From a virus: a stretch of 64,000 nucleotides of DNA. A program made the position numbers and the translations under genes. The DNA lies in the IMG/VR virus record IMGVR_UViG_3300035698_017437, positions 32,001 through 96,000 of that record; one strand, 5' to 3'. Below the pieces are notes generated by a model that worked only from the letters and a program-made list of their open reading frames with translations, was not told the origin of the DNA and searched no databases. This document shows, one piece after another, positions 19,645-29,868 of this stretch (position 1 is its first letter; every line of letters begins with the position of its first letter).

Positions 19645-20913
19645 ATGACTCTTGTAGACAGAACTCAAGGTTCTTATGAAGCAGGAACAAAAATAAAGTT
19701 CTCCTCTTCAATCAATAAAACAGTGAAAGGAGCTTTATTATCTGTTCCTGGTTTTGATATAAAAAATGGTCTTGAAATATCAGATATGTCTATAAATGAT
19801 ATTGAAACTGGTTCAGGAGAGCGTTTCATTTTCTTGAAAAATGGAAAGATCCATATCAAATTGTTTGGCAACTCTTCGGAATTGAATAATGCTTTCAATA
19901 AAATGGGAGGCGGAAAGTCAGATACACATAGACTCACAAGAGTAAAAGAAGCCGCTTCCTTGATAGTATTCAAAGCATATCAAGAAGGCGATTCTACTCC
20001 ATCTTTTGATGAAGTTGAAGCAGATCTACCTTTCTATAATGCGGATCCTAAATTATTTATTGAAAAACATTATACTTCTGCTATTCTCCAATTAACATCT
20101 TATAAGAAAATAGGTGTTCTAAGAGGTGGATCTTATCTATTTGAATTTCAAGGAGATAAATTTTCAAAACCAATATACACCTTAGCAAAAAAGTTGTCTG
20201 GAATAGGTTCTGCTGATAATTGGAATCCTGCTGATTTATGGATATTCCAACATGGATTCACCGGACAGATTCAAGAAGAGTTATCAAGAATAAACAATAT
20301 CGCTCAATTGAATTTTTGGATTAGAGAAAATTTTGTCAAGGGAAATTTATGTCCAATATCACTCAAACAAGCATCTGGGAAATCTATCATTGAATTGGTA
20401 AATCCCATAAAATATAAAAATAGAAAATTGAAATATGATTTTACGTTATCTTCAATAAAAATTACTCCAACAATGAAAGCAATGTTTATTGAGACTAAAT
20501 CTGGATATACTCTCAAAACAAACGCAAGAGCTAAAGAGAATGATCCTACTTTATATTTTGAAGGGACATTCACTAAAGAAAATTTCTCTATGGGAGCTAT
20601 TGGAGCTAAAGAATGGAAACGATACACAAATAATAAATTGAGAAATGGTAAGAAATTTAAATTCAATGATATGGATCTATTCAAAGCAACTTCCATATTT
20701 CTCAAATATAAAAAATATATTCAAATAAAAAAATCTGTGGGATTGTTTGATCCAGATTTTGATTCTTTAGGTGATATCCAGAAACGTCTATATATATCCC
20801 AAGCAGATGTATTGGAGTTTGTGATGAAAGATTATCATGATGTTATCAAATATTCATTTTTTAGTGCGATGAAAGTAACTGACCTCAACTCTATGTATAT
20901 TAAGATCAAGTAA
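19645..20913 (+). CDS. Restriction-endonuclease-like (PD-(D/E)xK) protein, probably virion-internal
   Basis: DNWNPADLWI ... PISLKQ; directly after the MTase; MKKFKHFLSE leader one base out of frame at 19616. Confidence 0.55.
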   Translation: MTLVDRTQGSYEAGTKIKFSSSINKTVKGALLSVPGFDIKNGLEISDMSINDIETGSGERFIFLKNGKIHIKLFGNSSELNNAFNKMGGGKSDTHRLTRVKEAASLIVFKAYQEGDSTPSFDEVEADLPFYNADPKLFIEKHYTSAILQLTSYKKIGVLRGGSYLFEFQGDKFSKPIYTLAKKLSGIGSADNWNPADLWIFQHGFTGQIQEELSRINNIAQLNFWIRENFVKGNLCPISLKQASGKSIIELVNPIKYKNRKLKYDFTLSSIKITPTMKAMFIETKSGYTLKTNARAKENDPTLYFEGTFTKENFSMGAIGAKEWKRYTNNKLRNGKKFKFNDMDLFKATSIFLKYKKYIQIKKSVGLFDPDFDSLGDIQKRLYISQADVLEFVMKDYHDVIKYSFFSAMKVTDLNSMYIKIK

Positions 20914-21024
20914 AAATACATCTTGACAGACGGAAAGAAATCATGTATAATAGATATACATTGGAGCTAAGGCTTATAGAGAACATCTTTATAGACCTTT
21001 TTATTTTAAAAAATAGGAGAAATT

Positions 21025-21333
21025 ATGAGTGAAGAATTTACTGGACTAGGAGAATTTGTAGTCCAGAAAACAGGAAATAGGCAAAGAAAAACGGATATTC
21101 ATTGGCAAGATATGCCTGAATTTGTTCAAGAAAAGGAAGAACCTTATGCTAAGATAATTGTCCGATTTGAAACAAAAGAAGACCTAGACGATTTCTCCTC
21201 TAAAATTGGTCAAGATGTTCCTAAAGGCAATCCTTCTATTTGGCATCCAAAACTTCAAAGAGGGAAAAATTCAAATAAACGTTATGTTGATGATACTCCT
21301 TTTATTGGTGAAACTTTAACAGAGGATGATTGA
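21025..21333 (+). CDS. Small partner of the TAGT/GREB1-like glycosyltransferase
   Basis: WQDMPEFVQE..IIVRFETKEDLDDF...SIWHP; overlaps start of next gene. Confidence 0.55.
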   Translation: MSEEFTGLGEFVVQKTGNRQRKTDIHWQDMPEFVQEKEEPYAKIIVRFETKEDLDDFSSKIGQDVPKGNPSIWHPKLQRGKNSNKRYVDDTPFIGETLTEDD

Positions 21334-22211
21334 TGATATTAGATCCTAATCAGCCCAGATATCCCATTTACGTTGTTTCGAAAGGTAGATGGGAATCAAG
21401 ACTAACAGGCAAAGCTTTAGAAAAATTGAATCTATTTTACTATATGGTAATTGAAGAACAAGAATATGATCAATATGCCGCAGTAATGGATGAAAATAAG
21501 TTACTTGTCCTTGATAAACAATATCAAGTTGATTATGAAACTCTTGACGATTTAGGAGACACAAAAAGTAAAGGGCCTGGACCAGCAAGAAATTTCTGTT
21601 GGAATCATTCTTTAGAGAATGGAGATAAACGCCATTTTGTAATGGATGATAATTTCTCAGCGTTTTATCGCTTGAATAGAAACGTCAGAGTTGAGGTTAC
21701 TTCAGGAAATATATTCAGAGCCGCTGAAGATTTTGTGGATAGATATACTAATGTTCCAATCTCAGGACTCAATTATAGATTCTTCTGTATTCCTACAGAA
21801 TATTATCCTCCTTATGTAACAAACACTAGGATTTATTCTTGTTTGCTTATTGAAAATGATATTCCTTATCGTTGGAGAGGAAGATATAATGAAGATACGA
21901 TAATTTGTCTTGATGTATTGAAAGATGGATTATGTACAATTCAATTCAACGCATTTCTTTGCGGCAAAGTTGGCACCCAGACCCTGAAAGGTGGTAATAC
22001 AGAGGCTTTTTATGATAAGGAAGGCACATTAGCAAAATCTCAAATGTTAGAAGATGTTCATCCCGATGTTGCTAGAGTTGCCTGGAAATTCCGGCGTTGG
22101 CACCATGAGGTCAATTATCGTCCATTCAAGAAGAATATCTTGATAAAAAAAGAAGATATTATTGTTCCTAAAGGGATTAATAATTATAATATGAAACTTA
22201 CGGAGATATAA
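21330..22211 (+). CDS. TET-associated/GREB1-like glycosyltransferase (DNA base hypermodification)
   Basis: YPIYVVSKGR, GPARN, VMDDN, RIYSCLLI, WRGRYNED, KGGNT, RWHH. Confidence 0.8.
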   Translation: MMILDPNQPRYPIYVVSKGRWESRLTGKALEKLNLFYYMVIEEQEYDQYAAVMDENKLLVLDKQYQVDYETLDDLGDTKSKGPGPARNFCWNHSLENGDKRHFVMDDNFSAFYRLNRNVRVEVTSGNIFRAAEDFVDRYTNVPISGLNYRFFCIPTEYYPPYVTNTRIYSCLLIENDIPYRWRGRYNEDTIICLDVLKDGLCTIQFNAFLCGKVGTQTLKGGNTEAFYDKEGTLAKSQMLEDVHPDVARVAWKFRRWHHEVNYRPFKKNILIKKEDIIVPKGINNYNMKLTEI

Positions 22212-22738
22212 AATGAAACAACCCACAGGTAAGATAAATTTTCATTATCAAACGACAAGATGTATTGGATCCGATGGAGAGGTGTTCTCTTATTCAGGGA
22301 CATGGGCATACAAGGGATTTGATCCAGATAAATCTTTTGATTGTCAATGTGGAACAGAAGATATTTCAGAATGTAAATGTGGAAAGGGCCAAACTCCTTG
22401 GTTGAAACCTGATTTGAATCATATCAAAAGATATGGTAGAAAATATCAATCCTTCATGGCAAAAGAATGTGATAATACATGGGAAGATCATGGAAAAGCT
22501 GTTCATGATCCAATTCTTACTTTTGAGTTTATATGTAGAAATGGAACAAAAAGTTTATTTGTTGCTGAAAATAGAATTGAAGCTGAAAACGAGCTTGATA
22601 GAATGAATAGGGAATTTTTGATTCCTTTCTGGTCAGTTGAAGAAAAAACAGAATTTAATAAACCATTAAAGATTGCTAGAAAAACGTTCAATATTATGGT
22701 ACGTGACTGGGAAGACCAGAAAAATATGGAATTATAAA

Positions 22739-23761
22739 ATGAACTCGTCTGTTAGTATAGACCTCAAGTATATATTATTAACAAGTAATAGATTATTACT
22801 CTTCAGAAAAAATTCTGATGGAATTTATAATTGTAGATGTCCGATTTGTCATGAAAATCCTGTGAATCCTTATACTAAGAGATTTTATTTTCTAAGGCAA
22901 CCTACTCATTGGGTAGCATTTTGTCACCGCTGTGGATATGAGGGTAATATTTACTCATATCTACTGAAATGTTTTCCTGACCTACTCAAACAATATAATT
23001 TTGATTGTGTCAAGTCAAAGATAACTTCTCCTAAAAAGGACACTGCAACCATAGACGTTACAAAATTCAAGAATACTCTAAAGAAAATAGTTTATGGTAG
23101 ATTTGAATATGATGATCTAATAAAATTTGAAGATTTGAAAGATGGACATCCAGCAAAAGAATATGTGAGAGGTAGAGGATTATTAGGAAAACCTATATAT
23201 CTCTGTATGAATTTCTTTGAGTTTTTGAGGTCTCAAAAGATTCATGGAGAATATGTTAATTTAAAATATAATAAAGAGCCAAGATTGATTATTCCATTTT
23301 ATAATGAGAATGGAGAAAGTGATATTTTTCAAGGTAGATCATTCTCAAAAAAGGGAATTAGATACTTGACTATTAAATCCAATAATGATATACTAAAGAT
23401 ATATGGATTAGAAAGAGTTGATTGGAATAAGCCGGTATATTGTTTAGAAGGACCCATTGACTCTTTATTCATAGACAATAGCATAGCATTAGCTGGCTCT
23501 GTTTGTGGAGATTCAATGTTTGATGATAAACATGTTGTATTCATTTTTGATAATGAGCCTCGGAGTAGAGAAATAATAAAACAGATGGAAGCTAGGAGGA
23601 TTCAAGGCCATTCAATATTCATTCCTGAATCTGATTGGACATATAATGATATAAATGATGCGGTAATTGCTGGAGTAAAAGATACTCAATCCTATATTGA
23701 TGCTCACATCTATTCTGGATTGAAGGCAAAATTGGAGATGATAAAATGGAAAAAGATTTAG
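22739..23761 (+). CDS. gp61: DNA primase
   Basis: Zn ribbon CRCPIC..CHRCG, RLIIPF, FQGR, EGPIDSLF, DNEPR, NDIND. Confidence 0.93.
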   Translation: MNSSVSIDLKYILLTSNRLLLFRKNSDGIYNCRCPICHENPVNPYTKRFYFLRQPTHWVAFCHRCGYEGNIYSYLLKCFPDLLKQYNFDCVKSKITSPKKDTATIDVTKFKNTLKKIVYGRFEYDDLIKFEDLKDGHPAKEYVRGRGLLGKPIYLCMNFFEFLRSQKIHGEYVNLKYNKEPRLIIPFYNENGESDIFQGRSFSKKGIRYLTIKSNNDILKIYGLERVDWNKPVYCLEGPIDSLFIDNSIALAGSVCGDSMFDDKHVVFIFDNEPRSREIIKQMEARRIQGHSIFIPESDWTYNDINDAVIAGVKDTQSYIDAHIYSGLKAKLEMIKWKKI

Positions 23762-24244
23762 ATTTGGATTTTACTTGTGAAGAGATAATTCCTGAGCCTG
23801 ATATGTGCGGTTGCGAGGAGTGTGATTGGCAAGGAAGAATTGAGGATTGCGAGAAGGAAATGGACTCTGAGGGTTGGGACTATCCAGAATATACTGTATG
23901 GAAATGTCCGGCTTGTGAGGATGGTTATATATCTGATTGGTGGAATAGTGAAGATATTCCAGACTTTGAAGATGGTCCAGAATTTGAGGGATGGGAGGAA
24001 AGAAGTGGGAAATAATATGAAGTGTGTATTGCCAAAAGAAATGTGGTATTCTTATAATAAATCTACCACCTTTCAAAACTGTATACTTTTCTTATAATAT
24101 GGCAAGATTGACAACTACAATAAAGGAAGATATTTCATGTTACGGATATTCACTTAGTGATAGAGGTCGAGTCAGAGAAGGTTATCATAATTGTTGGGAA
24201 AGAGAATTTATCTTCGACAAAGTGAAATAATATGAAGAATAGTG

Positions 24245-24313
24245 TTGACTTCTCATTCTATACATGTTATAATAGTGTATAGCAAATGAGAAATACCTAA
24301 TTCAAAATGAGGA
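24245..24313 (+). promoter_or_regulatory. Early promoter cassette
   Basis: Near-identical to the 11946 copy. Confidence 0.88.
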
Positions 24314-24621
24314 TTCAAAATGAAAATAACCAAAACAGTAAAATTAGAAAGACTTCCTATTTATGCCTCTGCTACTGCCTCTAATGGCAAGATTATAGAA
24401 CGAAAAGTTTCTTTTGATACCGAAAAGGAAGTTGCTATTATCAATCCTGGCAAAAATCAAAAAGTTATGAGTTTTAGTCCTACCCATAACATCCTTGAGA
24501 CTTCTACATTGAAATATCAAATCATCAATTTCTAATAGGAGAGAAAATCAAATATGATTCAGAGAATAAAGAAACGATAACTGAACTTTGTGACATAATT
24601 TCCACAGGGAGAGTATAACTA

Positions 24622-25794
24622 ATGAGTGTTAAAATTGATTCTATTGTAAAATATCAAAAAGATAAGAAAGATAAAATTCGCCTGTGGGAAATCTGGGTAG
24701 AAGGTAATGAAGATGAAACAGCAACAATCTGTTCAAAATCTGGTCTTCTTACAGGAAAACAGAATATAAAAAAAACTCCAATCAAAAAGGGAACTAATAT
24801 CGGAAGAGCGAATGAAAAAACACCTCTTCAAGTTGCTATCGCTAAAATGGAGAAAAAGGCAAAAGAGAAATATGAAGACAACTGGGTAGGGAATATTGAG
24901 GATGTTGATTTGCCTCGAGAATTCACTAAACCTCAGTTGGCTAATAAGATGAAAGATAGTAAAATTGATCCTGATTCTACTCTTTCTCCTAAGATGGACG
25001 GAATTAGAGGAACTCAATTTCTTCATATTGGAGAAAGAGAATTAGTATCAAGAGATAGGAATCAATTTGTAAATGTTCCTCATATTGAGAAAGCTTTATT
25101 AGAAGTGTTTGGTGAATATTCGCCTGATGGGGAGATTTATAAACATGGTCATGTATTTCAGGAGATTAGTAGTAGAGTAAAGAAAGTTCATAATGATCCA
25201 AATGAGGTCAATGATGAAGGTTGGGAACTAATGACAAAGGATCTTGAATTTTGGATATTTGATCTTGCTATTCCTGACAAAACATATATTGAGCGTAAAG
25301 CTATTATTCAAGATCTTGTTCCTGAAGACCATCCTATTATCAAAATTGTTCCATCAATTCCTTATGAAAACTTTGATCAGATGGAAGATTATCATGATGA
25401 AATGTTTCGTCTTGGATTTGAGGGATGTATGATCAATAAGAATCAAGCTGAATATGGATTCAATGATCGTTCTTGGGATCTCCAGAAATATAAAAAATTC
25501 TTTGATAGAGAATATGAAATTGTAGGTGTCTCATATGAAGATTATCATGATGTGTTGAAGGATACTTTTCATAAATCTGTAAAATGGGTATGTGTTACTC
25601 CTGAAGGTATTGAATTTGATGTTCGACCTAAAGGATCTCATGCTTCTAGAATCAAAATTTATGAGAATAATCCAGAACAATTTATTGGATCTGAGGTTAC
25701 GGTTAGATATCAAGAATTATCTGAAGATTTAGTTCCAAGATTTGGTCAGGGAGTTGGAATTATTGAAAGTGAGGGGTTTAGAGATTATGAATAA
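24622..25794 (+). CDS. gp30: ATP-dependent DNA ligase
   Basis: PQLA, PKMDGIR, DGEIY, FDL, EGCM, KYK, VTVRYQEL..PRF. Confidence 0.92.
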   Translation: MSVKIDSIVKYQKDKKDKIRLWEIWVEGNEDETATICSKSGLLTGKQNIKKTPIKKGTNIGRANEKTPLQVAIAKMEKKAKEKYEDNWVGNIEDVDLPREFTKPQLANKMKDSKIDPDSTLSPKMDGIRGTQFLHIGERELVSRDRNQFVNVPHIEKALLEVFGEYSPDGEIYKHGHVFQEISSRVKKVHNDPNEVNDEGWELMTKDLEFWIFDLAIPDKTYIERKAIIQDLVPEDHPIIKIVPSIPYENFDQMEDYHDEMFRLGFEGCMINKNQAEYGFNDRSWDLQKYKKFFDREYEIVGVSYEDYHDVLKDTFHKSVKWVCVTPEGIEFDVRPKGSHASRIKIYENNPEQFIGSEVTVRYQELSEDLVPRFGQGVGIIESEGFRDYE

Positions 25795-26067
25795 TAGCTA
25801 TCTAGCCTTACATAAACGAGTATTATCGGTAATGGATTCTGTTCGGATAGATCTTCCTTTTGATAAAAAAAAGATCTCCTTAGATATGGCAAAAAGATAT
25901 TCCTTTATGTATATCAAAAAATGGGAAAATGATCAAGAAAATAGCCTTACGGCAGTCACGGTTTCTAGAGATTTGAAAGATTGTATCATGTATATCCATT
26001 ATGCGAAGCTATTTGCTCCAAGAGACCTTATAGATTTGAATCAGACTAAAGAAAAGTCAATTTAGTG

Positions 26068-26136
26068 TTGACTTCTTATTCTATACATGATATAATAGTG
26101 TATACAGAATGAAGAATACCTAATTCAAAGAGAGGA
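26068..26136 (+). promoter_or_regulatory. Early promoter cassette
   Basis: TTGACTTCTTATTCTATACATGATATAAT...CCTAATTCAAA. Confidence 0.85.
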
Positions 26137-26447
26137 TCCAAAATGAATTATTGTGAAGATTGTGATTTTTTTACTGGTGAAGAATGTGATGGTGAGTATG
26201 AAGGAACTGAAGTTTATAACGATGATGAAGCTTGTGATTTTTTTGAAGAGTTTGAGGAGGGATCATGGATTTAGAAAAGATAAAGAATATTCAAAGGATA
26301 GCTTCAGAGATTGGCAACTTTAGAGATTGTTATACAGATTGTAATGTTCCTGTCGTGAATGGTCAGGTTCAAATGGAAAGTATTCTCGCTTGGCTTATTG
26401 AGAATCCCCATATGGCTAAGATTGCTATTGATATCAAAAAACTAGAT

Positions 26448-26504
26448 AATGAAACTAAAAATAAAATGAAACTAAAAAATAAAATGAAACTAAAAAATAA
26501 AATG
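26448..26504 (+). repeat. Threefold 17/18-nt tandem repeat (AATGAAACTAAAAAATAA)
   Basis: Seen directly; encodes NKMKLK repeats. Confidence 0.8.
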
Positions 26505-26930
26505 CCAACAGAAGGACAGTTCATAGCAATATGGCATTTTAAGGGTGAGGTGTGGAGTAGGGTATATAAATGGAAAGCTGATGATCTTTTTATTTATGAT
26601 GGTTCTGATGAGGTTGATTCTTTTGTGAATGTATCTGAACCTCCTTTTCCCGAGACAGCAAAATTCATCATAAAATAATATGGACACTCAAACAGCAAAA
26701 GATAATATAGGTAAGCTAGTTATGAGTCGTGATGCTGGATATAAAATGATATATTCTGTTGGAACTTCTCATGGACCTTATAAATTGCTTCAAATAACAA
26801 AAGCAGGTTTAGATATTCTTGAAGGTAGGGAAGAATTTAGAGTTCCACCAACATTACTAAGATTGCCATATGAGGATGAATTGGTTGAAAACTGGATATT
26901 ACCGTGGGAATAATATACGGAGAACAAAGT

Positions 26931-27308
26931 ATGATTTATGACGTTATAAAGAGTGATATGAAAGAATGTATGAAAAATAGGTTGAAAGAAAAAACACCTA
27001 TTCTAAAACTTCTTGTTTCAGATATTCAAAGAGATCCTTATAAGGATTATTCAGATAGTAAATGTATAAAGGTTATTAAGAAAACGATTGGCTACATGAA
27101 AGAGAACGCAGATAATTATGGAATTGCTGTTATATCGGTATATCTGCCTTTCGCTATTACAGAAAATGAGATCAGAACATTCATGAAAACTATTGATTTT
27201 TCTAAGTTGAAGAATCCTAAACAAGCTATTGGTATGGCAATGAAACACTTTCCTGAAGGTTCTGTGGACGGTTCAATTATAAATAAAATTCTAGGAGAAT
27301 TCATATGA
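26931..27308 (+). CDS. GatB/YqeY-domain protein
   Basis: IKSDMKECMK..ILKLLVSDI..YLP...AIGMAMK..DG. Confidence 0.75.
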   Translation: MIYDVIKSDMKECMKNRLKEKTPILKLLVSDIQRDPYKDYSDSKCIKVIKKTIGYMKENADNYGIAVISVYLPFAITENEIRTFMKTIDFSKLKNPKQAIGMAMKHFPEGSVDGSIINKILGEFI

Positions 27309-27683
27309 AGAAATTAAGTGAATTGAAAGTCGGGGATTATGTATACCACGTGGTATGTGGTTGGGTGAAGATAAGAAGTATGGTCGTGAGGAAGCATATC
27401 TGCACTGAAGGGGTTATAGGAAGTTTCCGTATGCCCTTTGGGAAGTTTGATTCAAATGATGTAAACCCCAACGATCTACACGTATAATCCATTTGATAAG
27501 GATGACACACCTCCTTGTAAGTTCAAGAAAGGTGAGGTTATTATGGTGACTGATGATGGTGATGAGCATTGGATTATGGCAAAATTTAAAGAATTTGATG
27601 GTTGCTTTTATATGGATAAACGTAATGCGAAGTGGGACATGGCACGTAAGTTAACCGCTGAAGAACGAGGAGAAACTCCATGA
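27305..27683 (+). pseudogene. Frameshifted paralogue of 27680..28060
   Basis: Colinear with next ORF; extra C in AACCCCAACG (27466-27469) versus AACCCAACG; shifted frame continues TIYTYNPFDKDDTPP...ERGETP*. Confidence 0.75.
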
Positions 27684-28060
27684 AGAAATTAGAAGAATTG
27701 GAAGTGGGAGATTATGTATACCATGCGATACGTGGTTGGAAGAAGATGTTACATATAAACGGAAGATATATCTCTATCGAAGGGACCATGGGAAGTTTCC
27801 ATACATCTTCTGGGAAGTTTGAGCCAAATAATCTAAACCCAACGATCTACCCGTATAACCCTTTCGATGAGAATGACACGCCTCCTCAAGAGTTCAAGAA
27901 AGGTGAGGTTATTATGGTTCAAGATATAGAGGATGATGATAATGATTGGTCCACTGTTAAGTTTGATAATTTCAATGGCGATTATTATATAGACTCCCGT
28001 GAGACTGTTTGGGACAGAGCACGTAAGTTAAACTCCATAGAACGAGGAGAAACAACATGA
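27680..28060 (+). CDS. Hypothetical protein (intact tandem paralogue)
   Basis: ORF with GAGGAG RBS; duplicated upstream. Confidence 0.7.
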   Translation: MKKLEELEVGDYVYHAIRGWKKMLHINGRYISIEGTMGSFHTSSGKFEPNNLNPTIYPYNPFDENDTPPQEFKKGEVIMVQDIEDDDNDWSTVKFDNFNGDYYIDSRETVWDRARKLNSIERGETT

Positions 28061-28403
28061 AAAAATATGGAGGTACACTGAAAAACTGGAAGATTCATAA
28101 TTTGGATTTTACAAAAGAGCAAATAGAAACAGTCTATCCTGGTTGTGGTGCTTTACCTAAAGTTATTACTGCTGAAGTTGTAGAAGATGCCAGGGGTGGA
28201 TGGATTCCAGGTGATACTATGAGATCCTCTCTAATTACACATCTTGATAGAAATTACCGTAAACTTGAAACAATGAATACTTTTTATGATTTGGAAGGTC
28301 CCGAGAGTGATGATCCTGATCTAGGTAACATAGTTCTGACTATGTTCTTCTAATCCTCAATAAATACCTCTATCGTTAACCAATACTTTAGAGGTATTTT
28401 TTC

Positions 28404-28712
28404 ATGGCAGGATTTTTCAGAGAACAAATAGTAAAAAGAGCTACAAGATCCAATGGATGGAGAAAGATTAGAAATAATCATGTAAGTAAATTTGGATATT
28501 GTGCTGTATGTGGTAAAGATAAAAGTCTTCAAGTTCATCATATTGAAGACTTTTCCACGTCTCCAGAGAAAGAATTGGAATCAACTAATTTGATTACATT
28601 ATGTCAAAAACATCATATTTTGTTCGGACACTTAGGAAATTGGAAAAGTATCAATCCTACAGTAGTTCAAGATAGTAGTTATTTTTTAGAGAAGATTAGA
28701 AACAGAAGATAA
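28404..28712 (+). CDS. Small HNH endonuclease
   Basis: CAVCG..LQVHH..NLITLC..HHILFGHLG. Confidence 0.85.
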   Translation: MAGFFREQIVKRATRSNGWRKIRNNHVSKFGYCAVCGKDKSLQVHHIEDFSTSPEKELESTNLITLCQKHHILFGHLGNWKSINPTVVQDSSYFLEKIRNRR

Positions 28713-28743
28713 TTGATTCCAACCTCAGATAATAAAGGTTTCT

Positions 28744-29649
28744 ATGCGTTCAGAAATAATCGTCCTTTCAGGTGCCAATCATCTAAATATAAAATCAACC
28801 TGTGAATTTGAATCAGGACTTTTTGCTTGTGGTGAAAGTTCTTTTCGTCTTTTATGTTCGGTAAGATATAAACCAGTAACAATTATCCAATCATTTCCAA
28901 ACACAAACAATAATCTAATGGAGTTGATCTTGGCTATTGATTCAGCAAAAAGGTCAGGAGCATCAAATATAAATGTTATCTTGATGATATTTCCTTATTC
29001 AAGACAAGATAAGAAACATAAGTCTGGAGTTCCAATCTCCGCAAAGATTGTGTGTGATATGTTGCGAGAAGCCCAAGCAGATCGTGTTATTACTTTTGAT
29101 CTTCATAATGAGGCTATAGAGGGTTTCATGCACCCATCGGTAGTATTTGATCATATAGAATTGACGTCATTCTTAGCATACAATCTCAAAGAGAATATAA
29201 ACGACATTTCAGATTGGACTTTTGTATCTCCTGATGCTGGAGCTATCAAGAGGACGAAAAAATTGATGGATGCTTGTGGAGCATCTAAAATGGCAGTTGT
29301 AGATAAGACGAGAACAACTCCTGGTGTAGTTGATGAAGTGAATCTTATAGGATCAGTAGAATACCAGAATTGTATTGTTGTGGATGATATGGTCTCAAGC
29401 GGAGGAACATTGCTTGCTGTAGAAAAGGAATTGATACATAAAGGCGCTTTATCAGTAACATTATGTTGCTCTCATGGAATATTTACATCAGGTGAGGAAA
29501 TGTTTAGGGAGAGTAATATTTTTGTAACTAATACTCTCCCTCTGAGTGGGCTGGTAGACTTTTTTGATATATCTCCCTTGATAAAAAAATTGGTTATATC
29601 TATAGATAGTGGAACAGATTTAAGGAGTTTTTTCAGATATTCTTCCTAA
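28744..29649 (+). CDS. prs: Ribose-phosphate pyrophosphokinase (or Adps-like)
   Basis: FPYSRQDK, DLH, SPDAGA, VDDMVSSGGT, HGIF. Confidence 0.9.
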   Translation: MRSEIIVLSGANHLNIKSTCEFESGLFACGESSFRLLCSVRYKPVTIIQSFPNTNNNLMELILAIDSAKRSGASNINVILMIFPYSRQDKKHKSGVPISAKIVCDMLREAQADRVITFDLHNEAIEGFMHPSVVFDHIELTSFLAYNLKENINDISDWTFVSPDAGAIKRTKKLMDACGASKMAVVDKTRTTPGVVDEVNLIGSVEYQNCIVVDDMVSSGGTLLAVEKELIHKGALSVTLCCSHGIFTSGEEMFRESNIFVTNTLPLSGLVDFFDISPLIKKLVISIDSGTDLRSFFRYSS

Positions 29650-29791
29650 TACCCATCCTAGGGACAAATATTCTTCTATTTTATATTTTGGGATACTTTT
29701 CTGTTTGAAGGTCGATACATTGATTTGGTGTCTTTGTATGAGGCGTTTTTATTTCTTATGTACATATATCTATAGTAATTGAATTTTAGTG

Positions 29792-29861
29792 TTGACTTCT
29801 TATTCTATACATGTTATAATAGTGTATACCGTAAATGAGAAATATCTATTCAATATGAGGT
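29792..29861 (+). promoter_or_regulatory. Early promoter cassette driving cca
   Basis: TTGACTTCTTATTCTATACATGTTATAAT. Confidence 0.85.
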
Positions 29862-29868
29862 TAGAATA

